DNA of 64,000 bases, taken from the NCBI RefSeq assembly GCF_022539665.2, contig NC_081333.1, forward strand, positions 7,936,001 to 8,000,000. Reading direction: 5' to 3'. The notes under the pieces were generated by a model. It had not been told where the DNA came from and did no database searches. It was given only the letters and a program-made list of their open reading frames with translations. This DNA is from Daphnia carinata. Its lineage: Eukaryota. Made by a program: the position numbers and the translations under genes. The first letter of the stretch is position 1, and each line of letters starts with the position of its first letter. Shown piece by piece: positions 1 through 13,000 of the stretch.

Positions 1-931
1 TAAATTAACTTAACTATCGCAAATTATGCATGAAATATGTTCGAAATTAGTTAAGGATGAATAAAATAACATTTATTTTAATCTAACTTACATAGTTTTT
101 AAGTTATTCAAGTTAAAGTAGATTTCCTTTAAAGGAAAGCGCGTTTGATTGCAATTAACTTCTTTAAATTAACTTAAATATGGCAAATTATGCATGAAAT
201 ATATATGCAATTAATTAAGGAGGAAGAAAATAATATTTATTTTAATCTAACTTACATAGTTTTTGAGTTATTCAAGTTAAAGTAGATTTTCTTTAAAGAA
301 AAGGTTGTTTGATTTCCATTAACTTCTTTAAATTAACTTAACTATCACAAATTATGCATGAATTATGTTCGAAATCATTTAAGGATGAAGAAAATAACAT
401 TTATTTTAACCTAAATTACATAGTTTTTGAGTTATTCAAGTTAAAGTAGAATTTCTTTTAAAAAACCGAGTTTGATTTCAATTAACTTCTTTAAATTAAG
501 TTAACTATGGCAAATTATGCAATGAAATATGTTCAAAATTATTTAAGGATGAAGAAAATAACATTGATTTTAATCTAAATTATTTAGTTTTTGAGTTATT
601 CAAGTTAAAGTAGATTTTTTTTAAAGAAAAGCGCGTTTGATTTCAATTATCTTATTTATATTGACTTAACTATGTCAAATTATGCATGAATTAGGTTTGG
701 AATCAATCAAGGATGAGAAAACAGCCTTTTTTAAAATTTAGATTAGGCTACATAGTTTTCGAGTTATTCAAGTTAAAGTATATTGGCGTTAGAGAAAAGC
801 GTTTTTGATTATAATTATCTTCTTTAAATTATTTTCACTATGGCAAATTATGCATGAATTAGGTTCGAAATTGATTAAGAATGAAGAAAATAATCTTTAT
901 TGTAATCTAAATTACATAGTTTTTTAGTTAT
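1..931. repeat. AT-rich tandem satellite, ~164-bp monomer, array 1 (runs off the window start)
   Basis: Monomer beginning TAAATTAACTTAACTATCGCAAATTATGCATGAA recurs at 1, 165, 329, 492, 657 and 825 (period 163-168). The last two copies are more diverged. Confidence 0.97.
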
Positions 932-1534
932 TCAAATCAACGCACCATTCAACTGTTTTGGAGCGCTAGCGTGATGCAGCACAAATATTCGGTGTATTTT
1001 TTAAACGGTTCGTCTAATGGAAAAACCATTAGCTGAACTTAAATCAGCGTTCAATTTTCATTATACTGTGTGAGTTTCATTTAATTCCAAGAAATGTCGT
1101 TTTTGGCCGATTTTGGCAAAAGTGGTAAGGCTATAGCCTTCCCACTTTTTCATTTTTGGTCAAATTTTAAATTTTTCTTAAAATACATGTTTTCGATTCA
1201 GAAATGAATGACAATCATTGAAATCAGATTTATTTTTCAATTGGCCTCATGGTTTTTTAATAAAACGTAAAAAACACGAAAAAAATAAGAAATGTCGGGC
1301 TAAATAAGCCTGAGTCGGGCTTATTTAGTCGGGCTTAAAAAATTTTCTGCAAAACCTGGTACTCATCGGAATTGGTTGAATATCACAGCGTATACTCAAA
1401 CATAAATGCTGATTCCGCGAGAATTGCTATTTGTTTCATTAAGTTAATCGTTTTCGAAATACATCAAATATTTAACACGATGTTAGCGCGCCAGTACGCT
1501 ACAACGCTGGCGCGATGTAGCACAACTTTCCGGT
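932..1534. repeat. Hairpin-rich spacer block between satellite arrays, copy 1
   Basis: Begins TCAAATCAACGCACCATTCAACTG and is near-identical over ~400 bp to the copy at 2821 (offset 1889). Inverted repeats at 1014-1032, 1032-1048, 1118-1149, ~1300-1328 and 1487-1514. Confidence 0.9.
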
Positions 1535-2820
1535 TGAAAGCGCGTTTGCTTTCAATTATTTTCTTTAAATTAACTTAACTATCGCAAATTATGCATGAAT
1601 TACGTTCGAAATTATTTGAGGATGAAGAAAATAACATTGATTTTAATCTAAATTACATAGTTTTTGAGTTATTCAAGTTAAAGTAGATTTTCTTTAAAGA
1701 AAAGATTGTTTGATTTCAATTAACTTCTTTAAATTAAGTTAACTATGGCAAATTATGCAATGAAATATGTTCAAAATTATTTAAGGATGAAGAAAATAAC
1801 ATTTTAAAAAATCTAACTTACATAGTTTTTGAGTTATTCAAGTTAAAGTAGATTTTCTTTAAGGAAAAGCCCATTTGGTTTCAATTAACTTCTTTAAATT
1901 AACTTAACTATCGCAAATTATGCATGAATTATGTTCGAAATCATTTAAGGATGAAGAAAATAACATTTATTTTAATCTAAATTTTATAGTTTTTAAGTTA
2001 TTCAAATTAAAGTAAAATTTCTTTAAAGAAAAGGTTGTTTGATTTCAATTAACTTCTTTAAATTAACTTAAATATGGCAAATTATGCATGAAATATGTTC
2101 GCAATTAATTAAGGAGGAAGAAAATAACATTTATTTTAATCTAACTTACATAGTTTTTGAGTTATTCAAGTTAAAGTAGAATTTCTTTAAAGGAAAGCGC
2201 GTTTGATTTCAATTAACTTCTTTAAATTAACGTAATTATTACAAATTATACACGAAATATGTTCGTTATTAATTAAGGATGAAGAAAATAACATTGATTT
2301 TAATATAGATTACATAGTTTTTGAGTTATTCAAGTTAAAGAAGATTTTCTTTAAAGAAAAGGTTGTTTGATTTAAATTAACTTCTTTAAATTATCGTAAT
2401 TATTACAAATTATACACGAAATGTGTTCGTTATTAATTAAGGATGAAGAAAATAACATTGATTTTAATCTAAATTACATAGTTTTTGAGTTATTCAAGTT
2501 AAAGTAGATTTTCTTTAAAGAAAAGGTTGTTTGATTTCAATTAACTTCTTTAAATTAACTTAATTATGGCAAATTATGCATGAAATATATTCGAAATTAA
2601 TTAAGGATGAAGAAAACAACATTTATTTTAATCTAACTTACATAGTTTTTGAGTTATTCAAGTTAAAGTAGATTTTCTTTAAGGAAAAGACCGTTTGGTT
2701 TCAATTAACTTCTTTAAATTAACTTAACTATCGCAAATTGTGCATGAATTATGTTCGAAATTAATTAAGAATGAATAAATAACATTTATTTTAATCTAAA
2801 TTACATAGTTTTTTAGTTAT
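1535..2820. repeat. AT-rich tandem satellite, 164-bp monomer, array 2 (~8 units)
   Basis: Monomer starts at 1566, 1730, 1895, 2059, 2223, 2387, 2551 and 2715. Confidence 0.97.
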
Positions 2821-3900
2821 TCAAATCAACGCACCATTCAACTGTTTTGGAGCGCTAGCGTGATGCAGCACAAATATTCGGTGTATTTTTTAAACGGTTC
2901 GTCTAATGGAAAAACCATTAGCTGAATTTAAATCAGCGTTCAATTTTCATTATACTGTGTGAGTTTCATTTAATTCCAAGAAATGTCGTTTTTGGCCGAT
3001 TTTGGCAAAAGTGGTAAGGCTATAGCCTTCCCACTTTTTCATTTTTGGTCAAATTTTAAATTTTGCTTAAAATACATGTTTTCGATTCAGAATTGAATGA
3101 CAATCATTGAAATCAGATTTATTTTTCAATTGGACTCATGATTTTTTAATTAAACGTAAAAAACGAAAAAATAAGGAAAAAAAATAAGAAAAGTCGGGCT
3201 TATTTAGTCGGGCTTAAAATTTTTTCCTGACACTCATCGGAATAGGTTGAACATCATCCGATATATTCGAAATTGAATGCTGATACCGGAAAAATTGCAA
3301 TTTTTCTCACGAAGTTAATCGTTTCTGAAATACACCAAATATTTGACGGAATGCTAGCGCGCCAATACGCTATAGCGCTAGCGCGATGCAGGAGAAATAT
3401 TCGGTGTACTTCCAAAATGGCTGAGTTGAAGCAGATGTTTTTTAAGAGACGTTTTTTAGAATTTAGGTCTGTTGCATGATTGCGCTATACCGTACTGGCG
3501 AGCCAACGGCGTCTTCCCCTTTATTTCGGAAAGTCGGGCTTATTTTGTCAGGTTTATTTTCAAGCTCAGCAGTTTGACGAAAAAAGTATACGTACCACTA
3601 TGAATTCTACAACACATTATACAGATTACTCACAATTTAACACTGGTTTTATTCCTTTATTCTCCTTATTCCTTTTCTCGTCAAAACAGCTATTTTTAAA
3701 ACATATGAAACATATGTCTGTAGCACGATTGCGCTGTACCGTGCTGGTGCGCCAACATTTACTACCGTTTTCCCGTTGATTTCCAAAAGTCGGGCTTAAT
3801 TTGTAGGGCTTATTTTCAAACCCAATAATTTGATGAAGACGGTATGCCACTTGAAATTCTATAAAAATTACAGGTTAGACTCAAAATTAAACAATAATTT
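2821..3900. repeat. Spacer block copy 2 plus diverged, inverted ~250-bp sub-repeats
   Basis: 2821-~3240 matches 932-~1370, and ~3240-3400 is a diverged version of ~1370-1530. The segments starting at 3468 and 3717 resemble each other and carry the reverse complement of the TAGCGCGCCAGTACGCTA motif. The right boundary is approximate. Confidence 0.75.
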
Positions 3901-4427
3901 TAGGAAAATCATTCGTTTTCTCTTCAAGCCAGCTGCTTTTCTAAATATAGTAAATTTCTCGGTAGGGCTTCTGTCTGGATGAGATGTTATGGTACATCAT
4001 CGACCCGGTCTTTTACGATATTTCTCTCAATAGTCTTTTTTTTTGTTTCGGATTTTGACAAAAATTATGAACGGCGAGTCAAAAAATACTATTAGTGTTC
4101 TCGTCACACCAGCAGTTTGTGGAATAATTGGAACAACGTAGTGTTAGCGCGTAGCAAGCACACCGTTTCGAAAACGAAGATAAGACGACAAATGGAATGA
4201 AAAACGTCAGAAATCGAGCATGAACTAATTTGTCTAGGCACTTTAATTTTCAAAGCAAACCGAGACAATTGTAATGAAACCATCTGGACTTTCGGGTATT
4301 CAGAGACTAATTAAATGCAAACAACACAAAAAAGTATTTATAGGTATCAAACACCAAATCTAATATTTCCCCCGGCTACTAAGCTGATAGGTGTTTGTGT
4401 GTTTGCTCATTACCATAAATCTTGGGA

Positions 4428-5808
4428 TTAAATAAAAAGAGGAACGTCCAAGTTGGGAGCAAAACTGACAGCCTTGTGAAGCTCAGCGGCCGTACAGCAG
4501 AATGTGTAACCTTTAGCAATATTTGTCAATCCGAAAATTGCGTCATTCACCCAAGGAATCTGTGCGCACACATCGGGACATATGATATCTTCTGGCATCA
4601 CAGGGTCTAAATAAGGACTGTTAATTCCAATAACAGCAGTGGCAGTATTCGAAATGGGTTCATGGATTAATTTCCAGAAGTATTTTGGAGCTGGCAGTAA
4701 ACCGTTGTTATTGGCATCGAATGCGAGGTAAATAGGTTGCTGAACACCGTTGATATCAGCCAGTGTCATGACAGAAAACGTTCCTGTGTAAATCGTCAAA
4801 TCAAGTTGACGCGCAAGTGCTTCATTACGGACGCCAATCTCTAAATATCTGTTTTAAAACATTTTAAAAATAAATGTAGACACACGCAAAAGTGCAAAAT
4901 GGATAAAGATAACATACTTCCAGTTTCCGTTGTTAAATGTTTGAAATTGCGGAGCCGTATTCATGAAATAGTAGCTTGCATCTTGACTAGCAGCATCAAT
5001 AAAATCTCCATCCGGAGCCATGTGTCCGCGTGACAAGTAATATTCTGTGTTCGGCCTGATATATTGGGCAGCTAATTCTTGGGAACCAACAATCATGGCA
5101 ATTGTTTTGGTTTGTTCTGCTTGAGTGTAAAGGGTGTTAACGCTTAGACCGGGGTAGTAAACGTCTTGGCTAAAGGATGGTCTATCGTTGCCCTTGTCGT
5201 CTGCGTTAGCTGAACGGCCGAAAACTGTGTCGATAGAGTAGTAATTCAAGGCCAATGCTTCGTCATGGCACATGTCAAAAAGTGGAATAAAATCAGCTCC
5301 AAATTGCCATCCGTTGCGGATAAACGTGCCCGGTCCGTTGGCGCACGTTCCCTGTTCTACCAGAATTTCTTTGTTTTGCTTAAGGCAGCCTAACTGGCCG
5401 TAAGAGAATTCGGTTCCATCTGACAGCTGCAAATTGGAACTGGCCATGCATGTGGCCGGATTGAGCTGCAAGCCAGTCGCAAGCAGTGAATTTCCAGTTC
5501 CTAGGCAGCTAACTGTAACTTGCTGGCCTTCGCTTAGGTTTATGATTCTGGCTGTGCCTTCTATGACTGGCAATACAATTTTCTTATTGCCATCAACCAG
5601 ATGAGGAGGAAAAGTGGGTGAGCTGATGTCCAAGTTGAATGCACATCCTAACAAAATATTGATAGGAAACATTATTTGAATCAAAAAGACACATGGATTA
5701 AAACTATGTAATTTTTTACAAACCTGCTTTGTTGGCTCTCTGCAGGGAATAGCCGAAGCTCGCGTTGAGTTGCAAAGAAATTAGTAAAACCAATCCAAAG
5801 AGACGCAT
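4428..5808 (-). CDS. Secreted DNA/RNA non-specific endonuclease (Endonuclease_NS; crustacean duplex-specific nuclease / insect dsRNase family)
   Basis: Three exons: 5808-5724, 5647-4918, 4848-4428, all GT-AG and phase-consistent. Signal peptide MRLFGLVLLISLQLNASFG, catalytic LSRGHMAPDGDF, NTAPQFQTFNNGNWKYLE, IYTGT, PKYFWK, Cys-rich tail with GYTFCC. Confidence 0.92.
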
Positions 5809-6820
5809 TTTCCAAGATTTTCTTCTCTCCAAGTACTTCTGATATTGCTTCTAACTTCATTATATAGTAAGCGTATATCCATTGAAAACGGAACTAAGTC
5901 CATCGTGCGATTTCATATCTTAGGTTGACAGTTTAATAACTTATACCTCTATCTCGCTGAAGCCATCGGGTCTACCGCCATGGTATCCATATTTGTTTTT
6001 ACGTATCTCATGCTATGGTTTGGTCCGACTATTTACCAAACTGAAATTAATCTCGGCTGTGCTTTGACGCAGCGACACCAAAACGTCCGTTTGATGTGTC
6101 GGGGTGGAAATGCATAGAACGTCGTCGTCAGCAAGATTATCATTCAGGTGTTATCGCAGAAGTTGCACAAGCGTAAAACATAATCCTGGGCGAAGAAATT
6201 TATGAACCATGCATTGGACCTAAGACTCAATTACCTGCATTCGTAAGCCAATAGCAAACAAGAGATACAACATGCACGCATAGGTGTATACTACAACTCT
6301 GTTGTGGACAATTTTTGTCGTCAAATAAAAATTATAAATAAAACCAGAAGATTATGGTAGCTGGATTTCAATGCAAACGATTTGTTTGTCAGTGGTAGGT
6401 TGTTGGTTAACTAGATATGATTGAGTCAGATAGACAAAAATTTCTTAACAGTTTCAATCCAAACTTTGGAAGCAAGCGGGTGGCGATTATACAAGCGAAA
6501 ATGCGTCAAGTAGATATGCTACCTACAAAACACCAATAAAAATCTTATCCGATATGAAGCCAAAAATGAACTTGTTTCGTATTTTTGACCCATTCATGAA
6601 CGTGCAGGTAAGAAAATTCTTACCAACAGAGAGAACTAAATTTTATAATAAATCTAAAGGAAGGATCAGCTAATGACCGAATGCTCCTTAGGAAATGCTG
6701 CTTTATCTCTCTTCTTCTCTATCTTTCTGGAAACTTTCTAACTTTATCGATCTAAAATAATTTATTAAAAAACGCAAGCCGACGAAAAAAAATTGATAAA
6801 TTAAAATGGCAAGGTTGGAT

Positions 6821-9800
6821 TCAAAGACACTTCAGAGCATAGGTAACGTCGTCAATTCCGATATTCAGTCGTACCTTTTGGCGGATATCGTTCCGGCCAT
6901 GCTCAGATAGTATTAATCGACTGCTACATAACGAAGCGCAGACTGACAGCAACTCTGACACATTTGGTCTTGACATTCCTTAACAATTTCGTAAAGTATG
7001 AGTCAACAAGTGACTAGTCTAACAGTAAAAAAAAGTGGTACCTTCTAAATCACACAGCGTATAATGCTGTCGAATTACTTGGTCGAAAACCGATTCCTCC
7101 ACACCTGTCCGATTGAACTCTTGCACAAGGGCGTTGAGGAATAATTGCTCGTGCAAACTGCATGCCTAAACATGAATACGTGTTTGTATTATAACAAATG
7201 ATTCCTAATGGTTCTATGATTCATACCTGAATGGCCAATAATTTCGGCGACGAAAACATTTCCTCAATTGCGGCTTGGACATGTTGCATCGTGACCGTTG
7301 ATTTGCTGAAATGCGCCCCTCTCTTTGATGGTGATTTGGTTGGACTGCTACTGAATTGAATACAATTATTGTCAAAACATTTTTAACAAAATTGAAACGG
7401 AATGACAGCTATACATATTGTGGTTTCCCTTCTCAGCCAATTCTGCAGCTCTTCGAGAAATATCAAGCGCGCGTCGAGCATCCCCTGAAGCAGCAGACAC
7501 CTTTCTAGCAATAAACTCTACTGCCTCTGGTTCAAAGGATACCACATTTTCCAGTCTAAACAGAAAATGGGGATGCAAAATATGTTTGACATACCCTGTA
7601 TTTTTCCACATACCTTGACGAGATAATCGTTTGAAGCTGTTTCACTTTGTAAGGCTGAAACGTTAATCGAGTCAATCCCATTCGTGACGAGACTCTGTTC
7701 ATCAACAATCTTTCCGGCAAATCCATCGTATTTGCGATAGCTAGCACGGTAAGCTGAGCTTTGGGTCGGTTAGGCCATTCAAAAATACTACGTGGTAACA
7801 AGTTAGGAAAAGTTCACCAACAAATGGTAGAAAAAACTTACTTGTATAGAACATCCTGCTGTCTAGTCCACAGCAGATCGAGCTCGTCAACAATCAGGAC
7901 AGTTGGCCGATGACGTGGTCCGTTAGTCGAAAACTTAGCGTGGAGCAATTTTGCGGCTTTATCAGCCGTTACTTTACTCCCTGTTAGCTGGTTCCAAATC
8001 TGGACATAGATCTGTTGGGGTGCCGTCAATTTCATGCCGTTGACTTCAATAAGCTTGAAATCAGGAAGATCTCCTTCAGTTTGGCTCTCTTTTAACACCC
8101 GTATCACCTCATTGACGGTGGCTGTTTTTCCAGTACCTGGCACGCCACTGATGTACATACATCCGCCGATTCCATCAGCCAATTTTCCTAATTGGACAAG
8201 TTATTACAATATGGAATGCACAAAGCAATTATTAAAATACCTTCTACATAATTGTAGATGTGATCGAATTCGTCTTCTCGGCATGGTAAGGTCTGAGGCA
8301 CAGCAGCAACATGAAGACGACGCCGAATTTCGCCAAGGGGCGAAGTAGGCTCGGTTACGTTACCGGAACGCGAAGAAATCGCAGGTGTTAACCTCAATCG
8401 CTTCTTCTGCGTTGAACAAGGCGTTGCTGATCCAGCCCTCTTTGGTTTTTTCGGAGTTTTCTCTTCTACTGCCTTCAAAAACAAGCCAGTCAATATAAAC
8501 GTAACTCTTTAAAGCGTGTACAACACCACAAATTGAAGTATTGCAAATGCTGCCCAAATTATTTTTTACCGGGATAGTTAAACAGAAATATGCTTACCTT
8601 TGCCGGCGTCCCAGGTGTTTCTAAATCCAGTTTTTTCCTTGCTTTGACCTTGCTAGTTTGATCCTGCTCTTTAGCAGATATTTCTTTATTTGGAGTGACT
8701 TTGCACCTTTGAATCACAATGCAGAGCTCTTTAGTTTTGTTGCTGCTAATGCTAAATGTGGAATTTTTTAGTGGACTTGGGAGAGTTTCGTCTAGGCAAC
8801 GGGGTTTAATCCGCTTGCTTGATCGAGGAGTATTAACAGGCCCAGTAGGTACATTAGATTCATTGTCTTCGTTATCCACTGACAATGACGGCTCTCTATT
8901 TCTCCTGCTTGATCGAGGCGTATTAATGGATGCCGAGGGAACGCAAGATTCATTTTTGTCATTATCCAATTGACGTGGAGCTTGTCTATTTCTTGTGCTT
9001 GATCGCGGGGTATTAAGCAGCTCTGGATATAAGCCAGAATAATTATTTTCGTTCTCTGACATCTTCCGACATCTTGTTGATACTCTTCGCGGCGTCATTG
9101 GCTCTTTATCACTTTGGTTGATTGCAGAAGACGAATCTACTAATGTCTTGGCAGTGATGTCTGCCACCTGTTTCGCTAAAGATTCTTTAACCGAAATAAG
9201 ATCGCGCGAGTTCTTCGGACCAAGCGCAAAGCGACAGAAGAAGGTGCACAACTTTTTTTGTTTTCCAACACCTCTAGGAACTTCATTTTCTTCGCAGATC
9301 AAAACACTACATTTGTCAAAAATGGTTTCAATGCTGATATCCCCTTTGTATCGTTGCCCTTCATGAACTAACTCCCATGCATCATCAAGTGGTGGATGAA
9401 CACTATCTTTTCTGAAGTTCTTTGAAAGCTGTTCTACTCTTGAATACCATTGAACTTGGGCTCTGAAAGGGTCTTTTTTGTTAGATTCTAGATAATGAAA
9501 TACATTTAAAATGAAGCAATGACATAACTAAATTTAAAGGGCTTACTCATTTCATACATGTAGACTAGTGATGCCACATAGCAATAACAGAATGATTCTG
9601 GGTCGTCAGCCTCTGAATTTGCAATTAGAACATGGTCACCAATATTATATTCTGTTCCTAAATATTTGCATGTCCTATAATAATGTTGAGTTATTATTCA
9701 AAGGTTTCCAAGTAAAATTGTAATAAAAACGTTTTATACTTATAAAAAGTTTTTGGCTTAGGAGTTAATTGTCTGACGGCCTCATTGACGGAAATGGGAT

Positions 9801-9822
9801 CGCCAATCCATTCAAAATCCAT
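6821..9822 (-). CDS. ORC1: Origin recognition complex subunit 1 (multi-exon)
   Basis: Starts MDFEWIGDP (BAH region). Contains [17 protein letters not shown], Walker [19 protein letters not shown], Walker [18 protein letters not shown] and SGDARRALD, and ends [16 protein letters not shown] (TGA 6823-6821). Confidence 0.96.
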
Positions 9823-9945
9823 GAAGACTTTAATAATGACAGAATCTTGTTAAATTGATAAGATAAAATAGGGTAAAAACGATATTATGAATGATAAAAA
9901 CTGGCTTTCGAACGATCTCTAAACTTCAGTTTGCTAAGTAAAAAG

Positions 9946-10007
9946 GCGGCAAATATCAGAGCAGACGATACAAACTATGCTTTGATTGGCTCTTTAAGTC
10001 ACGTGAC
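9946..10007 (-). promoter_or_regulatory. Putative ORC1 promoter elements: E2F site, CCAAT box and E-box palindrome
   Basis: TTTGCCGC on the minus strand at 9946-9953 (E2F consensus TTTSSCGC), CCAAT on the minus strand at ~9985-9989, GTCACGTGAC at 9998-10007. All lie 120-190 nt upstream of the ORC1 ATG, and ORC1 is a known E2F target in metazoans. Confidence 0.45.
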
Positions 10008-13000
10008 CAACCACTGCCCAACTTTTTACAGCTGGCCTAAGAAGAAAAAATTAAAAAAAATAGAAAATGTGTTTATTTTATTCTGTTCTGTTGTACGGTA
10101 AATCGAAAACTGAAATCAATTATTATCTTCTTTTTGTGCAAAGCCAAATAATTTTATTTTCAATGTATTAATAATATTTAATTTTAATTGCGATTTGCTT
10201 TTACAACACATAGATGGCGTTTCGGGCAATAGTTGGAAAATTGAACAGCTGCTTAAGTCGTTTTTTTGCCCTTTATTGTAGACAATTTACCAAGCGTTTA
10301 GGTGAGCAAACGGAAAGGGTTTGACGCAATGTAAGGATGTAAGAAGTTATTGACTGTATTCAAGAACTGAGGAAGTTACATTGTCCTATTGTTCACAGTA
10401 GGAAAGCGAAGAACGACGCAGGCCTTGACAAAGAATTCACGGCTGTCAGGTGTAATAGGTAAAGGCTACTAGCGCGATCGGCCTTGTATATAAATAAAAG
10501 AAGGTCATCGTTTCAACTGTGATGATTCTGACAACCTGTCCCCGTTTTACTGCCGATCTAATCCACCCTTTATATAATAGGCAAAACATACAAATATTGC
10601 CCAAGAAAAACGTATTTGATACAACAACTCAATGCACATCAGTGTGTATTCAGTTCATGAATTTTTGCCACGCAAGATTACCATAAGAGACGCCCACGCA
10701 AAAATCCCTATTTTTTTTTTGCTGTATACTTTATACTACATTTAGTTTACAGTGTTTGCCGACAACCGCTTCCCAATTTCTCCTTGCTTAAGACATGAAA
10801 CGTGAAAGAGAAAGAATGATTCCAACAGGGAAAAAGATATTCGTAATTGTGCAGTGTAATCGATAAGACATTTTCTTGTTTTTCCTCATTTCATTTCTGT
10901 ATTATATCTCTCGTCTTTACATTTCTGCATTAAACTCTATTTCCTCTTTCATTCCGAATGCGGTATGCTCGGGCGCTGATAGCTTCTAAGTTATGTGATC
11001 TTTCGACTTCTTTGGCCTGATCTAGTGCCCCTAGACAGACAGCTCAGCAGTCGAGGCTTTCTAATATAAACGTAGGACATGCGGCACGCCACTATGATAC
11101 ACCCAGCTAACACTAGAAAGAAAAAAAAATTGAGAGAAAGAAGAAAAATAAAACTAAAAACCTGTTGGGGTTTCCAGGCGCAAGTGAGATCACGTGCATT
11201 TGAAAGAGAGAGAGAAAGGTGCACAGGTAGATGGGCCCGTTATATTTCTAGGATCATAAAAAGAAATTCTGCCTCCCAACTGTTTTCTCCTCTCGCAAAA
11301 TAGGAACTTTGCGTCTACAATTACAAGACACACTCTCACTCCACCTCCAAATGACAACCCTCTCCATCTTTTCTCTTCGTTCCCCGCCTCTGTGGTTCAT
11401 GTGCGTTTCGTAATTTTTTAATTTCTTACTACAGGCATTGGTATAAGCTCAAAAAGGGTGCTTCGATGTATCTTTTTTGCTGTTAGTTTCTTTGCAAAAT
11501 AGGAAGGAAAGAGAGAGGAGGAATTAGTGTCGTAGTCTTATGCGTTGTTATCGCATACGTTGTACCTGGTAGCGGTTTACGCTGAAAGTAAAAGTTACTA
11601 GATCCAGGGGAGGTGCTCATCTGCAGCTCCAACAGGTCTTTGCGTTTTTTTTCTTTTAGAAACTCCTTTGAATGGCGCCTTTGTTTCGACGTGCAAGAAT
11701 CACAAAGTGTAGCTGGCGTACGACGCAAAACCTAAAAGAGAGAATACCTGAGAAGCCTAGTGAAAGAGAAAGACTGACAATAGAATGAAATAATCAAGGG
11801 CGTTTCTAGTAGAAAATGATACACATCCATCACAACAAATGTTGATCCTAGTATACAACCTACCTTAATTTTTTGCTTTAGCTTTCTGATGGTTTCTTTT
11901 CCCTTTTCATGCTCAATCAGAACCAACAGACAAACAAACCATATCATTTTGCTTTTGAGAGACTTAGTGTAATCCCTACACGCACACAAAATAAGTAGGT
12001 TGACTACTGAAGTAGAGTGACGGTTTTATATGGTTTTGTTTGGAGTCTATGCCGTATAGTATATGGTGCGGGTAAAACTTTGTGGTGCGCTCACCCGGTG
12101 GTATTGGAGAGTGTTAAATTCGGTAGTGTTTCTGTAGGAGCGAGAGGAAACCCGTAAGAGTACGAACAACAAAGAAAAGGAGAATTAGAAAAGAGAAAAA
12201 GAAAAGGAACAGAAAAAGAACCGAAAACAAAACAAAAATTAATGACAGAAGAAGAGAGGCTTTTGACGGTTAGAAAGCTGGTGCGGCCGGTGCCTTGTTG
12301 CTGCTGGAGGGGTACACACGCGCAAACGTACGCAGCTTGAAGAAGCTAAAGCAAAGAAAAAAAGAAAGAAAGAAACAACCAATCCACCGCGGGACACGTA
12401 AGCAGGCAGTCTATTTTCGACTGCCTTCGACTCTACACGCGTTACAGGACACCCTCCCCTATCCGTAGCTCTCCATCGTAGTACACGAAAACATTTTACC
12501 TGTGGTCCCCAACATGTTATAATTCTTCCACGTTGTGTATGTGTTCTTCATCCAGAACCAGAAAAAAAATTAACACTCAGGTTAGTTCTCCACTTGTTCC
12601 AAATTCTCCATTCGTTCGGCATCTGGGGAAACATCCAATTCAACAGTTGGTTTTTAAGTTATTTTGGCAAGTTATCAGCGAGCTTGATACTTATCAGAAA
12701 GAAGTGCTTCCTGGCCACTAGTGTGCACAATATTTTGAGTATAATTCCATATTCGTTGATTTCTAGTTGCAATTTCTCTCCTTTTGCCGCTGTTTTTAAA
12801 AAGCAGCCGTGTAGGTGTAGTACGGTGAAATGTGGGTCCTGTCTTGATGATCCATTGTCTCGGTACACACAGGGAGGGAGTGCTGTAGGAGAGCCTTCTC
12901 ATCGTAGCGCGTCCGCACTTTCACCGCCCGTCTCTACGTGTGTTTACGGACCCGAGGATATTAAGCGCACTCACGCGGCCGGGAGAGAAAGAGAGAGGGA

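Noticed and set aside
1..2820. CRISPR-like array
   Set aside because: Contiguous 164-bp monomers without unique spacers, in a eukaryotic context with no cas genes. This is satellite DNA.
1372..3850. Paralogous 68-aa ORFs (1372, 3273) and the ORFs at 3480 and 3626
   Set aside because: TTG/non-ATG starts inside repeat modules and no recognisable domain. Their similarity simply reflects the DNA repeat.
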